Assembly (NCBI RefSeq): GCF_963676685.1
Contig: NC_092345.1
Location: 24,862,001-24,926,000 of the forward strand
DNA length: 64,000 bases
Reading direction: 5' to 3'
Source of the DNA: Mytilus edulis
Lineage: Eukaryota
This document shows, piece by piece, positions 39,501 to 52,316 of this stretch. How positions within the stretch are numbered: position 1 is the stretch's first letter; each line of letters begins with the position of its first letter. The notes beneath the pieces are model-generated. The model was not told the DNA's origin and searched no databases. It worked only from the letters and a program-made list of their open reading frames with translations. The position numbers and the translations under genes are program-made.

Positions 39501-40549
39501 TGATAAACCGGCTATGATTTGCTCGTATAATAAATTTATGGGGGCGTAGATTTGGCTGACATGATGACAGAGAGTTACAATGATGGATGAAAAACGTTAA
39601 AGGTTTGGAAAAAGGTTGTTTTTAATCTGATGCACCGTATGGTAATCAATGCATACATTATTTATAAAGAAAACACTTCCAATAATCTGAAATTGTCGAG
39701 ATTATCCTTCACACAAAGGCTTATAGAGGATCTCGCTAAAGATCACATGGTGCTAAGAAACGAAAACCAAGACGACAGTAGACAGTGTGTAGAGTTTGCG
39801 GTACAGGTGTTCACCGGGAGTGTAAAGACAATCATTTATGTGTTGAATCATGATTAAAATATATTTTTTGTTTCTAATCAAATGTTTTTATTTTATAATA
39901 GGTGTTCAGACAACCTACTACAATTACATGAATTAGTCATTTATAATGCATCGAATCCTCATCCCTCACATAAAGATGGATCTGTACCAGGAGCATGACA
40001 ACCAATTTTGAAATTAACCTACTTGACCTTTTTCTAGACGGTATTTGGTTTTTTTTAATTGATTTTAATCGGTCATTCTATTTGGATTGGAATTCGCTCA
40101 TTGAATGTTTTATGCTTGTTGTATTGTTTGCTTTCGATTCAGCATACTTTTGAAGAATCATTATTCCATAAAAGGTGCACATGCAGTGCATCAAAATTGG
40201 TTTCAATAATTAAACTTTTCGACTGCTATCATTATTTAGTGAAACTGTAACATTTCTTTGATATGATTATTTTTACACAATACAAAAAAGAAAAATTAGC
40301 AGAAAATCCACACAAATTAAAAATTGCATAAAAGTATGGCCAACGCGGCTTAAATGAAAAATTGAAAGCACTTTGCATGCATAACGCAACGTGCTAAAGT
40401 CCCTCCCACAGTACACAAAAGAAGCGACGTCACTGAAACCTATTGTTCGACGTCAAGAAAAAAAAGCATCGGCCGAAAATCGGCCCGTGGCAGTCAACGT
40501 AGAATATACAAATCGGCCGAAAATCGGCCCATGGCACAGAAAACGTTAA
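36530..40549 (+). mobile_element. piggyBac-like DNA transposon (right end intact, left boundary uncertain)
   Basis: Right end ...catggcacagaaaacg|TTAA (40546-40549) with subterminal direct repeat atcggccgaaaatcggccc at 40468 and 40512. No matching left TIR found. Absent from the paralogous block near 3.6-5.4 kb. Confidence 0.7.
37778..39853 (+). pseudogene. piggyBac-like (PGBD/DDE_Tnp_1_7-type) transposase, inactivated, one intron 38065-38637
   Basis: Acidic N-terminus, PIDYF..F, ETNR|YAQ across the intron, MFSRNRFQSIL, catalytic SIDES, FTDSFF and (G)VDLAD, KVWKKVVF, C-terminal CxxC..HxxC. Several frameshifts and stops. Confidence 0.9.
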
Positions 40550-41643
40550 ACAAAGTTTGAATGAAAAAAAAATGAATTCTGTTTTATGGGTTTTTTTGTT
40601 TTATTGATACTTAATTTCGAACTGGAGAAAATAAAAACATTAAAAAAGCTATGTATCTAAAAATGTACATAAAACAAAATTCAACGATTACATATTGTTT
40701 TTTAGATACATTGTTTTCTTTGAAATGTTAGAATAATAAATAAAAACAAGAATATTTTAATCAATGGTGTAGAAGCTCGATTCCCCATATGGAATTTACT
40801 GACCCCAAATTATCGTTTTAGGTCAATAGCACACTACGTAATGCATTTTTCTTACCAACTATCTAAACATGTGGTATTGATACTGTTGGCCTATCAAAGT
40901 GATTAAGTCTTTTATTAGTTTTAAGAACCTAGCTACTTCCATTATTTTATACAAAAACAAATGCCAACAATTACAACTTGTTAGCCTTAAATTGATTTTA
41001 TGATTTTTTTTCAATCGTTATATAAAGCATCAATTTCTTCGTCTGTTTAAACCAATTATATTCCTAAAAATGTTTAGAAGTAAGATAAAGAGATTTATGG
41101 TGTACAATTTAATCAAAAGGTGTGTATTTACCAAATTCAATCGTGTTCAAATCAGAAGTATGATTTACAAATTTCTCTGTTTTGGTAACAAAAAGCATCG
41201 TACACATCTTATATAAACTCCATGAAACTTTAATCGCGACTGTCCAATTGACGTTTTAAAACTATTCGGCATTATTGACTTTTTTCATAGGGAGATAACA
41301 CTTGTCTCATTGATACGTGTGTTTAAACGTGAATCCTAACTTCACATTTGAAAAAAGCATGTAATTAATGGAACATGTAATTAGTATCAAAGGTACCAGG
41401 ATTATGATTTAGTACGCTAGACGCGCTTTTCGTCTACATAAGTTTCATGAGTGACGCTCATATCAAAATAGTTATAATGCCAAACAAATACAAAATTGAA
41501 GAGAAATGAGGATGTAATACAAGAAGAACTCAGTCTGTTATGTGGCGAAAACTGAAATATGTTTTCATACCTATCAAATATATAAATATATTCAGCAGAT
41601 CTGCCGTACCGAGTGTCGGTAATAGGGTGTAGTACATGAGTCT

Positions 41644-41665
41644 ATGAATCCCATCAACATTAACG
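41644..41665 (+). CDS. Gene B predicted first coding exon MNPININ
   Basis: Identical to 5773-5794, including the G|GTTTGG donor; joins 43692 in frame. Confidence 0.6.
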
Positions 41666-42803
41666 GTTTGGGACTTTTGGACAAATTGCACCTTTCAAAA
41701 TCAAAGTAAACAATTATGCCTTAAGAAAAGAGATTTTATTTGTCAAAGATAAATTTTAGTACAAAAGTATCGAACGAGTATTAGACATATTACGAAAAGG
41801 TATATTCACGACGCTGATGTTGACAAATTACACTATAAATGTGGGGACGGTGTCAAAACACAAAAGAGATTACCTGTGTATACATTCACAGATTTATAAA
41901 AACTGCATTGATCCTTTCGCAGGCAATTCCGTATAGAACGAATATTCAATAACATTTATACCATAAGAAACAAATATTCAATAACATTTATATCATTAGA
42001 AATATAAGAATAGATATTAATAATTTCCATAATATTTTTAAGAAACTATACTGCAAAAAATGGGGGGACGGTCATGTTAAAACAGTAAATGTGCGGGGCA
42101 ACGGAGACACGGGGTACATACGTGTGTGAATTCTTTGGCGAGCCCTTAATAGATCTTGCAAATAATCTTAAGTATTATAATCTGTTTTATACCTACATGT
42201 ACTCTTAAATATAAATGTAACGGTCATTTTATATAGTTTAAAAAAAACAAACGGTGTTGTTTGCCACCTAAATTTTTATCTATCGGGGTCTGTTTTTTAA
42301 AAACAACTAAAACAGGATTTTAATACAATTTTAACTCGAGGCATGTTGCATTATATAGTTTTAGAAAATTTACGTCTGGTCATATAGCTTTGATGGCATG
42401 TATTTTCTTTCTTTATTTTCTTTCAACTTTGACTTAATTAAAAAAGTTTCAGCTTATTTTGTATTTTCTTTATAAAGGATTTGTGATTGATTCGTTGCTT
42501 AACATTCAGTGGCAAATATGTCATGTTTGTTGAGAAGAGGTTTGTGTAAATTATGACTCACTACTCATCGGTTGAACAACGCTGCAGAGTTTCAAACGCA
42601 TTGCATAATGACTTTGCATTTACATCTTAACACCACCTTATGCAGATATTTTGTATTTCATAAATTCCTGAAACGTTTTGTTGAAATTCGACAACCGTTT
42701 CATAAGAAAATGACAATGTGAGAAAAGTGCCACCGATGACAGATGGGTCTTTCTTCTATTCAAGCTAACAATGATAGGGGTTTCTCCAAAAAAAATATAT
42801 TAA

Positions 42804-43202
42804 GGATGTACTTAGGTGAGGTTAGGTAAAAATTAATAAATTAAGAAGTTAAAATTGATACCATTATCTGGTAGAGCATCAATTAAGGATAAAAATAAGC
42901 AAAAAATATTGATAGGTCATGGACCTCCTTTTCGAGATATTTGAGATTTAAAATATGGCGGGAAAAGGCTGACTCGGACTTTTACCTTATATTTGCATTG
43001 CTATTATAAGGTCTCAAAACAAAAGAACGAAAATTAAGAATCTTCTAAAATTTTGGTAATTGACCTTTCATGAGCTATTTAGTCTTATATGAAAAAATAA
43101 ATGGGTGTTATGGGGCAAAATATTTTACATTGTATTGTATGGAAAAACACCAAGGAGTCCGAACATTTGACACAAATTCCAAAACCTCACCTAAGTACAT
43201 CC
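42804..43202. mobile_element. TTAA-flanked MITE (Kolobok-like GG...CC termini) in gene B intron 1
   Basis: TTAA|GGATGTACTTAGGTGAGGTT ... AACCTCACCTAAGTACATCC|TTAA. Confidence 0.85.
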
Positions 43203-43691
43203 TTAAATCTGTTGGACGGGTACCTATTACTACTCTACGGAGGTGCCAGTTGTTGTTCATGGGAGAAGGGGGGGGGCGCTAGGATTAAATTTGAAAAAGG
43301 AAGGACAGAAGTTTTGAGTTAAAAGGAAAGGCAGAATGAGCAACTTGGCAAAATAAAACACCTAAAATTTAACTTGCTTACTATGTTTATATTATCAATC
43401 TAGAATCGAATGAACTTGTATAACCCTCAGCCCCCTTTTTCTAGACCACCCACTCCTGCGCGCGTACACCTCGTAAGTCTTTTGACAGGTTTTAGCCAGC
43501 AATGATAATTTTATCACAAAAGCAATTGTCCTATAGGATGTTACATAATGATGGTGTAGATAAATGTGATTTGAATTTACCAAGACGCACAGGATTTAAA
43601 TTTTACCTATTTAAATCTATAATCAATGTTTTTCATTATTTTACGTATATTGTGTACTTATTGTTTACGTATATTGTTTATTGATTTATAG

Positions 43692-44003
43692 ATGGCTTAA
43701 ACGATGATCGAAATTCCATGGATGGAGCCTCCGATGATTATGACAACGTTAAAGACTTAAGACAAGATAATAATCTCCAAAGTTCAACTGCACAGGTTAA
43801 AAACGTAAATGAAAGCCGTCAAGAACCGTTGCAGTTATTTGCACAACCAATCAGACCGAATACAAAATCTAGGGCCATCAGAGATATATGTATAAGATTG
43901 AAAGAGCACAAGTGGTCCTTACTTGCATTTGTGTGTGGTGTTATCCTGACACTAGCGATAGTGGTCCCTGTGATGTTTGTGAAATGCTCGTCTTCGGAAA
44001 AGG
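43692..44003 (+). CDS. Gene B exon 2: N-terminal tail with DDYDNV motif, transmembrane helix and stalk
   Basis: tttatag|AT acceptor and AAG G|GTATAT donor; 312 nt; about 84% aa identical to gene A exon 2 (17 of 104 differ by manual count). Confidence 0.85.
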
Positions 44004-45308
44004 GTATATATATATCTTATTTCTGTTTATCTATTATGATTGAGATTTGTCAAATAGTCATCGACGTGGAAAAAAAAACTATACATTTTTTTTTAATATT
44101 GACATAAAAGTTTTCAAAACTCAATCATGTGTTGCAGTTTCGAGGTCTCTTACTATATCTAAAAAATGTTTTTGTGTGCACACATAGTTCTATCGTTACA
44201 TTTTGACAGGAGTTACTAAATTCATATACCCCAGAAAATGCACTTTCCTTTTAAAACACGCATACTTATTTCAAAATCAATTTTATAACATCCTTTTTGC
44301 AAAGTATTATACTTAAGGGTGTTCGCTACTATATTTTAGAATAACAAGACGTTTAAAAATTTTTTGTTAATTTATAATATAATTAAAAGAACTAAAGAGA
44401 CAGAAATAAATTAATGGTCCGTGAACTTTTTTACAAGACATTAGCTTTTGCAAATTTGGCGGGAAATAATTCTCTCTAGGCATTCCATAAGTTTATCATT
44501 GTAACCCTTTTTCTATTAAAAAAAACAAGAATTGTCTAGCTTTTTTCAAACATGGCTATTTGAATTATATGCTATTAAATTCTGGAAAGAAAAGTAGGAG
44601 TAAGCGGTGAAATATTTGTTATGGCTATACATGGATAAAACTAGATGATACCAAATAACTGGCAAAAAGTCAATAATAAGAGGAGCAAACATCCTTTAAC
44701 AAGATAAACACATGATAACGGTCCATAATTCAACAGAAATTAAATCGGGCATCTTTTAATATATTTGTGAAATGACCGAAAACGATAAGCATTGTTAAAT
44801 ATGTCCTCGTTATAAATTTAAAGTTTTGTGAAAAAAAATGACAAATCTAGCTTTTTTTATTTACTTTACTCATATATGATGAAGTGTCTGTAGGAAAAAC
44901 TAAGCTTGATTTGTACAAACGCACAAGTTTACAGTGGAAGACATTTTAAAAGAAGTATTAATGTGCAACTTGTCAATATCTAAATTAGCAAATACATGAA
45001 ATATGTAAAGCTTCTTTCAAAAAGAGTATGCGGTGAAATATAGTTTGCATTTACGTAACGTGGTCTGCTGGAAGTTGTCTCATTAGCATTCATTCATAGT
45101 GCACTCATATTACAAACAAACAAAAATTCTAACTTCAAATTTCTTCATAGGCAATCAGAAAGACAATTTTAAAGTCAAGGTACTTCTTGAACTTAACTGG
45201 ATGAAACTATTCCAACTTTACTTATAACTTACTTAAGCTAAAAGATGACATCACTAGGATGTTACGTCAAATTGTAAATGTATTATTGATTATATGAGTT
45301 TGTTTCAG

Positions 45309-45967
45309 ATAACCAGGCTGGGTACATATTTTCGTTGAGATTTGACAGGAAATCGACTCATTCAGTAGTTTTCTTGTCTGATGATAATAAAGTATTGAGT
45401 AATTCTTTCACAAAAGAAACCCCGAATCTCGTAAATCATCCGGAACAGTTTAACACTTACAAAGGAACAATAGGAGATAGATGCTTAACTTCTACCAGTA
45501 AAATATACTTTGAGATCATGTTCTCGTTTGAATTATTTAAGTCTTTGAACAGCACAACTTTGGTCGTCGAGGTAGGAGTAGCCAGTCGTGAAAAAACAGA
45601 TACTGAATACCATGTCGGACAACACGGATGGTCATTTGCAATACATAATTGCAATACTGTCATATGCCTTACAGCCAATCATTTTGATGCAAATACAGAT
45701 AAAGAGATTAAAGTAATAAGTAGCAGTAATACAGCCGGTACACTTGTCTCTGGAAGACTCGGATTCTTTGTTAACATGAAACGCAATGAATTTTCCGTTA
45801 TTGACAAGGACAGTTCAAAAATATTGTTCACGTTTACAAAATTAGTGTCAGCTGACCAGCTTTGTCTAACTTTTGGTGTTTATAACCCTCATTTACTGGA
45901 ATCTAAACTGGAAATAATATACTCGTATGATTTTACAAATCTTCCACTCATGAATGTTGTTGCTTAG
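45309..45967 (+). CDS. Gene B terminal exon: B30.2/PRY-SPRY-like domain
   Basis: tgtttcag|AT phase-1 acceptor in frame with ORF 45335-45967. Colinear with gene A exon 3 without indels, about 70% aa identity; AATAAA at 46139. Confidence 0.85.
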
Positions 45968-46176
45968 CAAATTTTTGGGAAATGGTTAGACCAAAAGAAT
46001 ATCATATCACATAAGTCAAAATGATATACGGCAAAGTGATTTACAAATTTTTGATTACTCATAGTGAGGAACTCTATTTTAAGCAGTATACTGATTGCAT
46101 TATGCAAGTGCTTGCAAGTGTACTTGCAAGTGTGATTTAATAAACTGCGGAGGACATTATGTTATAGACATATAAT

Positions 46177-46322
46177 GCCTATTATAAGGTTTTTCTTGTC
46201 GGAGAACACTACGAGGACCGAGGGGTGTCAGGATCGATCAAATGAAAGACCGACCGTACTTTCTTTTTGGCAATCCTGACACCCAATGTGTGTTCTACGA
46301 AAAGAAAAACCTTAAAATATGC
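46177..46322. repeat. ~145-bp imperfect palindrome (foldback/MITE remnant) just downstream of gene B
   Basis: taaggtttttcttgtcggagaacac..gggtgtcaggat / atcctgacaccc..gtgttctacgaaaagaaaaacctta. Confidence 0.75.
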
Positions 46323-47289
46323 AATAGCTAACTTGTATATCGTCAAAAACGAATTATTTTCAACAAAGATTTGCAGAATTAGCATTATATTTTACCGACC
46401 ACACTTAAGTGATATATATTCCGTATTGATACCTTAGGTTTTATGACGCCCTACGGCTTATTTTAGAATGTGAAATAAAACTCACTAATTTAAGGTAGCA
46501 CAATACAAAGATGTTTCATCCCCAATCAGACATCTTTAAACTGATGTAATTCCACTCATCCTTCTTTCAATTTTATAAATGAGGTACCAAAAGAAAGAAG
46601 AATGATTTATCTTTCAAATTGTGATAGTTTCATTATGACATAACTATTACATAATTAATTGTTATGCAATTAGTTGCTATATTGTGATGTCCATACTTGA
46701 ATGAATTTAGCGTCTTTGTTATTCATAGCATCCCAAAAAATGTTATAGATTCTTGCACAACACAGTTTGACCTCCAAAACTTTGTCTCAGATTTTTCTTA
46801 CTGTATTTCATTCTCTCATAAATCTTCAATGAAGTTTGCAACATCAATTCATAAGAGATCACTAAATTCAATTGGGTATAAAATTTGTTCAATTGATGTT
46901 TTTGGAAATCTGAGACACTGTTTTGGAGGTCAAGCTGTGTTGTACAACAATCTATAAAATAATTTGGGATGCTATGAAGAACAAAGACTTCACATGATTT
47001 TTTTTCGAAAGTTAAATACGCGCCAATGACGATTTTAAGTTAAACCTATCAAAGATGGAACTTTAAGAAATAAATTTCTTAACTTGCAACAACTGATTAT
47101 CAAACGAATTAAATTTCTAAATTAAATTATAGTTTTCATTTCTAACAAGCATAATAAGGACCTCACACAGGTCATTATTTTATGCCTTGAAGCATGGTAT
47201 CGTCCAGGTAGATTATTCGAAAGAATGACCCATCGTTCAGAAAAAAAATAACTCCACATAGATATATATATATATAACTCTCATTAACA

Positions 47290-48145
47290 TTGCAATATCC
47301 CATCTATAATATATGCTGTTCTAAATGTTTCAGCATTTGATGAATCGTCGTCCAATTCATGCAATTCTGATGCACGAAATACTTTTTTTTTGTACAGCAT
47401 CGTTGTTTGTTCTTGCGAATATTTTTATTTTATAAATTCCTTGTAAATTTGCGAATACGCATATCGTAATTTGACCAGCATTGGAAGAACAATCAGAAGT
47501 GCTGGCAGCCACCAAACGACAGAATCAGAAGAAGTAGCATCAAATGCAATATCTTTATTTTTACTCGAACGTCACGAATGAGTCTTTTGTAGACGAAACG
47601 CGTGTCTTGTGTACTTAATTTCAATCTTTGTACTGATAATGTGTTTATAGATAAATTTCCCATCGTGAAAACGGATATTGTACATTAATAAAAAAAAAAG
47701 TATGATATGTTGCTTAAATTTGTCGAATTTAAAAAAGGTCTTAATCTTATGACTTCTATAAAATAAATTATTATCTTGAAATGAAATATAAAATGGATGA
47801 TTTTCTGTGTAAATTGTCCAATTTTTTAGTTCGACTTTAACCATGAAGAAATCAAACAGACCTTATAAATACAAATGATATTTTTTCTTCTTAATTGCGA
47901 TTAAGTTTCATTGAAATAATTAAGGAAATAGCTCTGTCCCATTGTATTCGTATCCTTGTTAATCGCCACCAAATCGATGTTTAGCTTATATAAATATTGT
48001 CAATCTTTGGTCCTAAGTGGGTCGTCCGTTTTGCTGTACAGGATGTATAAATTCGATACCACATCCGATACAGCGATCTCTGTACAAAAGTTATATTTGC
48101 AACAACTCTTTGAGAAGTCCGTTCGTGGCTTGTTGCGAGGCTAAA
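47290..48145 (-). pseudogene. Decayed antisense coding remnant of the same unidentified gene (copy 2)
   Basis: Minus-strand peptides HERTSQRVVA, EFIHPVQQNG, WTIYTENH (inside ORF 47572-47844) and RASELHELDDDSSNAE. Interrupted by a short repeat at ~47570-47640. Confidence 0.6.
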
Positions 48146-49029
48146 ACTTTATCCTAATTGATTAAGCTTATTTTTTTACTTATCGAAAGATTTCTATTAC
48201 GTGTTATGAAATTAAAAAAAGGAATTTAATCCTGATATTTAATGTAGCGAATTGCTTAAGGTGTTTTCTCAACTTAACTAATCCACATCAACATCAGTTC
48301 ACAAGAGACTTATGTGCAAACTCATAAAGGTTATATGATTTCAGCCATAACATAATATGTGTATAATGTTTGTAGTTTAATTTACCATGACTTATTTGTC
48401 TGCATTTTACATTATCAGAAATTAATGCAATCCATCTGCGATTCCTTTAACGTCTTTACACAGATTTCCTGTACTTCTTTTTCATATTTTTCATATTTAT
48501 TCTTTAATCGTATTTTACTTTCCTATTTTCGAAATTCCGACCAAAACTTTCTATTTAAATAACAGGGGTTTTGGAATGATATTTTAGAACGTGATATGTC
48601 GTATCTTCAATGAAATCATTTGCATTTAAACAATGTGATATTTTTTATGTATGAATTTCACTTATGATCCCAGGTTAATCACACAAGTCAGGAAAAATTG
48701 ATAGATTCAGCTTTCAGAAAGTACACCATAATTTGTTTTAAATTGTTCTTGGATTTAAAAGGAAACGCATGTAATATAACTGCAAAGTCTGAGTAGGGAA
48801 TGTTGCCTCCTTTATAAAAACTCAAGTTTTATATATTTTGATAGATTTAACTGCCATGAAATAAACCCTCTTGTTTCTTGTTATACACGCATTCAACGTT
48901 AATTTGTCTGATGATGGAATATATACTTGGTATACTATTGCCAATCACATTTTAAAGAACTTCACATTAATGAAGAATAATGTGTTGATTTTGATCAACC
49001 TTTTAAAACTAATTAAAATGCATTTCATT

Positions 49030-49640
49030 TTTCTTTTAAATATTGTAAAAGAAAAGTTTGATAAAATCACTCCTGAAAAACTTTCTAATATCGATAAAAG
49101 TTTAAAACTTTACCTGTATAGTAAACTTTAAAATGAAATCAAATCTGAAAACTACTTGCACAATCTAAACAATTTTAATAGTTGTCAACTTTTAACCAAA
49201 TCCCTATAGAGACCATAACTTTGAAATTGAAATAAGTCGATATAAATAGATTCCAAGAGAACACAGACTGTGTTAATGTAGTAAAATTTGAGATGATGAG
49301 TAACACTTTTTCCTTCATTGCCAAATTAATAGTAATATTAGAAATCCCTTAATAAATGCAATTAAAACCCATTATCCTAATTCTAACCACCTTGAATCAA
49401 ACTCTCAACTTAAACTTATTCTAGATCCCAATAAAAATATGTTGTCTAGTGGTGTAGACCATTAAACAGCGATCAACGGAATTGCGAAAATAAGGTCCAT
49501 ATTGGTCAATTATATACCTAAAATATTATCAACTTCACTTGTTTAACACTTTTATCATGTATTGTGTGTTTATTGTCACTTGTGTATTTGATGTAAGAAT
49601 TTTGACCCGTCAGGGTTTCACTTTTGCAATAAAGTTATCA
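49030..49640 (+). mobile_element. 3' end of a decayed non-LTR retrotransposon (CR1/L2-like ORF2 C-terminus)
   Basis: HNFEIEISRYK*IPREHRLC*C..I*DDE*HFFLHC zinc-knuckle-like motif, followed by a 3' UTR ending aataaag. Confidence 0.7.
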
Positions 49641-51576
49641 TTAATAATTTCTGGTATCGAGTGACCTCAACTACGAGACCACTCGTAAAACATTTTGCTA
49701 CCACAAGTGTGAGGACAAAACCTTGATGAACAAATGTAAATAAACGTGCATGTTAAAAATGATAACTGATTCTAAAAAACTAATTTTTAAAATACAACAA
49801 ATAATTTGACAAATTGTTTATGGAATGTTAAATGTACAGATAGGAACACATGGAAATATCAAAGCTTATTTATGACTTAATCCACGTATTTTCTTTATAT
49901 TGTTATCCATGTCACGATCTAATAAACTTTGGCAACAAACTCAAAAGATAAGTACACACTGCAATAAATAAGTGTTTAACGGTTGAAAACTCGCAAACTA
50001 CCAAATAAACTCATCATAGATAGGAGTGAAATGTTATATTTAGGCCAGACGCGTGTTTCGTCTACAAATGACTCAAAAGTGACGCTCGAAAAAAAATGTT
50101 AAAAAGGCCAAATAAAGTAATAAGTTGGAAAGCATTGAGGACCAAAAATCCTAAAAGTTGATAACTCATGTCAACACAGAAGTGCTAACTACTGGGCTGG
50201 CAATACCCTCCGGTAATTAAAACTCCACTAACAGTTGCATCGACCCAGTGGTTGTAAATAAACTCATCATAGATACCAGAATTTAAATTTTAATATATTT
50301 ACGCCAGACGCGCGTTTCGTCTACAAAAGATGTGTCATACAAATATTTCTTAATAACGTTAAAAGGAAACGAACAATCCAGATATAACAAAAAAACAACC
50401 AAATTGTCGAATTTCAATATTTAGGAAAACATCAAAATGTCGCAGGGTTTAACTAGTTTATCGTTTATATGATATCTTATTTTTTATTGAAAAAGTTTCA
50501 AGACATGAAGCAATTAAGGCTTTGACAAACTGTATCTTTATCTTATTGTCATTCCTAATGTTGTAATCTGTAAGCCTAATTTTATTTGGTCTGTTGCTTT
50601 CCGAGGTATTCCCTACATAACGTCTTTTTCGAAATCTGAATCGATTGTCTATTTTGGAGTTTTGTGAGACGAATGCAGAAAAAACTCATCATAGATACAA
50701 GAACCAAATGTTGTATATACGCCAGACTCATCAGTGACGCTCGAATCCAAAAGGTTAAAAGGCCAAATAAAGTACGAAGAGCATTAAGGACCTAAATTCC
50801 TAAAAGTTTTGCAAAATAGAGCTAAGGGAATATATGCTTGAGGTAGAAAAGCCTTAGTATTTCAAAAATTAAAAATTTTGTTAACAGTTAATTTAATTAT
50901 AACATTGAGAGTGAAAACCAAGTAATGTGTCAAAGAGATAACAACCCAAACAAAGAGCAGAAATCAAGCAATGGGTATTCAACACTACGATATTGCTCTA
51001 ACCATGTAGGTTGTATATTTGTAACATTCACATTTGTACCTCCTGTTTTTGTTCCAATTATTGCTTCTGAAAGTAACAAAAACAAATATTGAATTAACCG
51101 ACGTAAATGAATATATTATAACTATATAATGGCATCAAATGTCATTATCAGACACAACACGCTGAGTTCTACATCACAATTTATTATGTCTTTTCAAGAT
51201 TAGTATATTTACATAATTATTTCTTCGTGAATTTGAAATAAAGGGAGGCCTAAATTCAGGATACATTACTCATTGAATCATTTTTCATTGTTTTTGTCTC
51301 TATGGACCAGCCTAAGTTCCATCTTTTAAAAAGAAGAAAAAACAATTTCATTTGCTAAAAAATGAAAACCACACGTTTATAGTTTCATGCGTCCGTAGCG
51401 CTTTTACGGATTTACCTTAATCAGGAACGTTAAAAACAAAATAAGTATGGAAAACTAATGATGTATAAAAACCAAAACATTCCCAAATCTGTCTTAGCTA
51501 TGTCAGCAAAGAGTTGAACCCTTTGTTTATAATAATTTTATAATTTATTAACGGAATGTATCAAAAAGGTTTGTTA

Positions 51577-52128
51577 TAAAAGAGGGACGAACGATACCAG
51601 AGGGACAGTCAAACTCCCAGATTGAACATAAACTGACAAGGCCATGTCTAAAAATAAAAAGACAACATAAAAATAATAGTACAGAAGACACAATATAGAA
51701 AACTTAAGACTAAACAACACGAACCCAAAAAAAAATGGTGCTCCGAAAAGGCAAGTAGATCCTGCTCCACATGTGGCACCCGTTATGTTGCTCATGTTAT
51801 TACAAATCCGGTAAATAGTCTGATTCGGTAGGTCACATTAGTGAAAAGGGGAGGGTATTTAAGTTACGACATATGGAACATATCCGATAGCATCTGTGAA
51901 ACGGTTATTCCGTAACGGTCAACCAACTCATGATGTTGTCCGTAAAATTTTCGAAGGGATGATTTCAAATTCACCATATGGAACTATTGGTTTAATAGCT
52001 TACCCGTGAGCAACACTCCTCTATCAAGGAAATCATGATAGGAAATACAAACCCAGAAATATCGTATCAATTCGGAGATATATACTTCGAATACAGGCGC
52101 TGCTGGAATGTTGCTACATAGAAATGTA
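51577..52128 (-). mobile_element. Penelope-like retroelement 3' fragment (RT C-terminus + tail); related pieces at ~14762-14950, 21676-22048, 56627-56911 (-) and 58640-58820 (+)
   Basis: Minus strand reads FLCSNIPAAPVFEVYISELIRY...SYHDFLDRG.LLT.KLLNQ; shared tail aaagagggacgaaagataccagagggacagtcaaactc. Confidence 0.7.
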
Positions 52129-52316
52129 AATCATGCCAGTACTGAAGTACTGACTAATGTCCTGAATGGTCGAAATGATTTAAGACCGCAGGGGAAACTA
52201 ATAAGGAAGTTTATAGCTTAAACCTATATTAAGAGTGATAATTATATTACTTTAAATGTTTAAGATGTTTCTGTAGTGCTCAGTGGTCGGACTTGTCTAA
52301 CTTAATTATTCTCTTA

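Larger units (their letters stand above)
30175..44420 (+). repeat. Segmental duplication, copy 2, expanded by TE insertions
   Basis: Same blocks as 220-6690, interleaved with MITE, Helitron, piggyBac and a ~1.9-kb intron-1 insertion. Confidence 0.9.
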
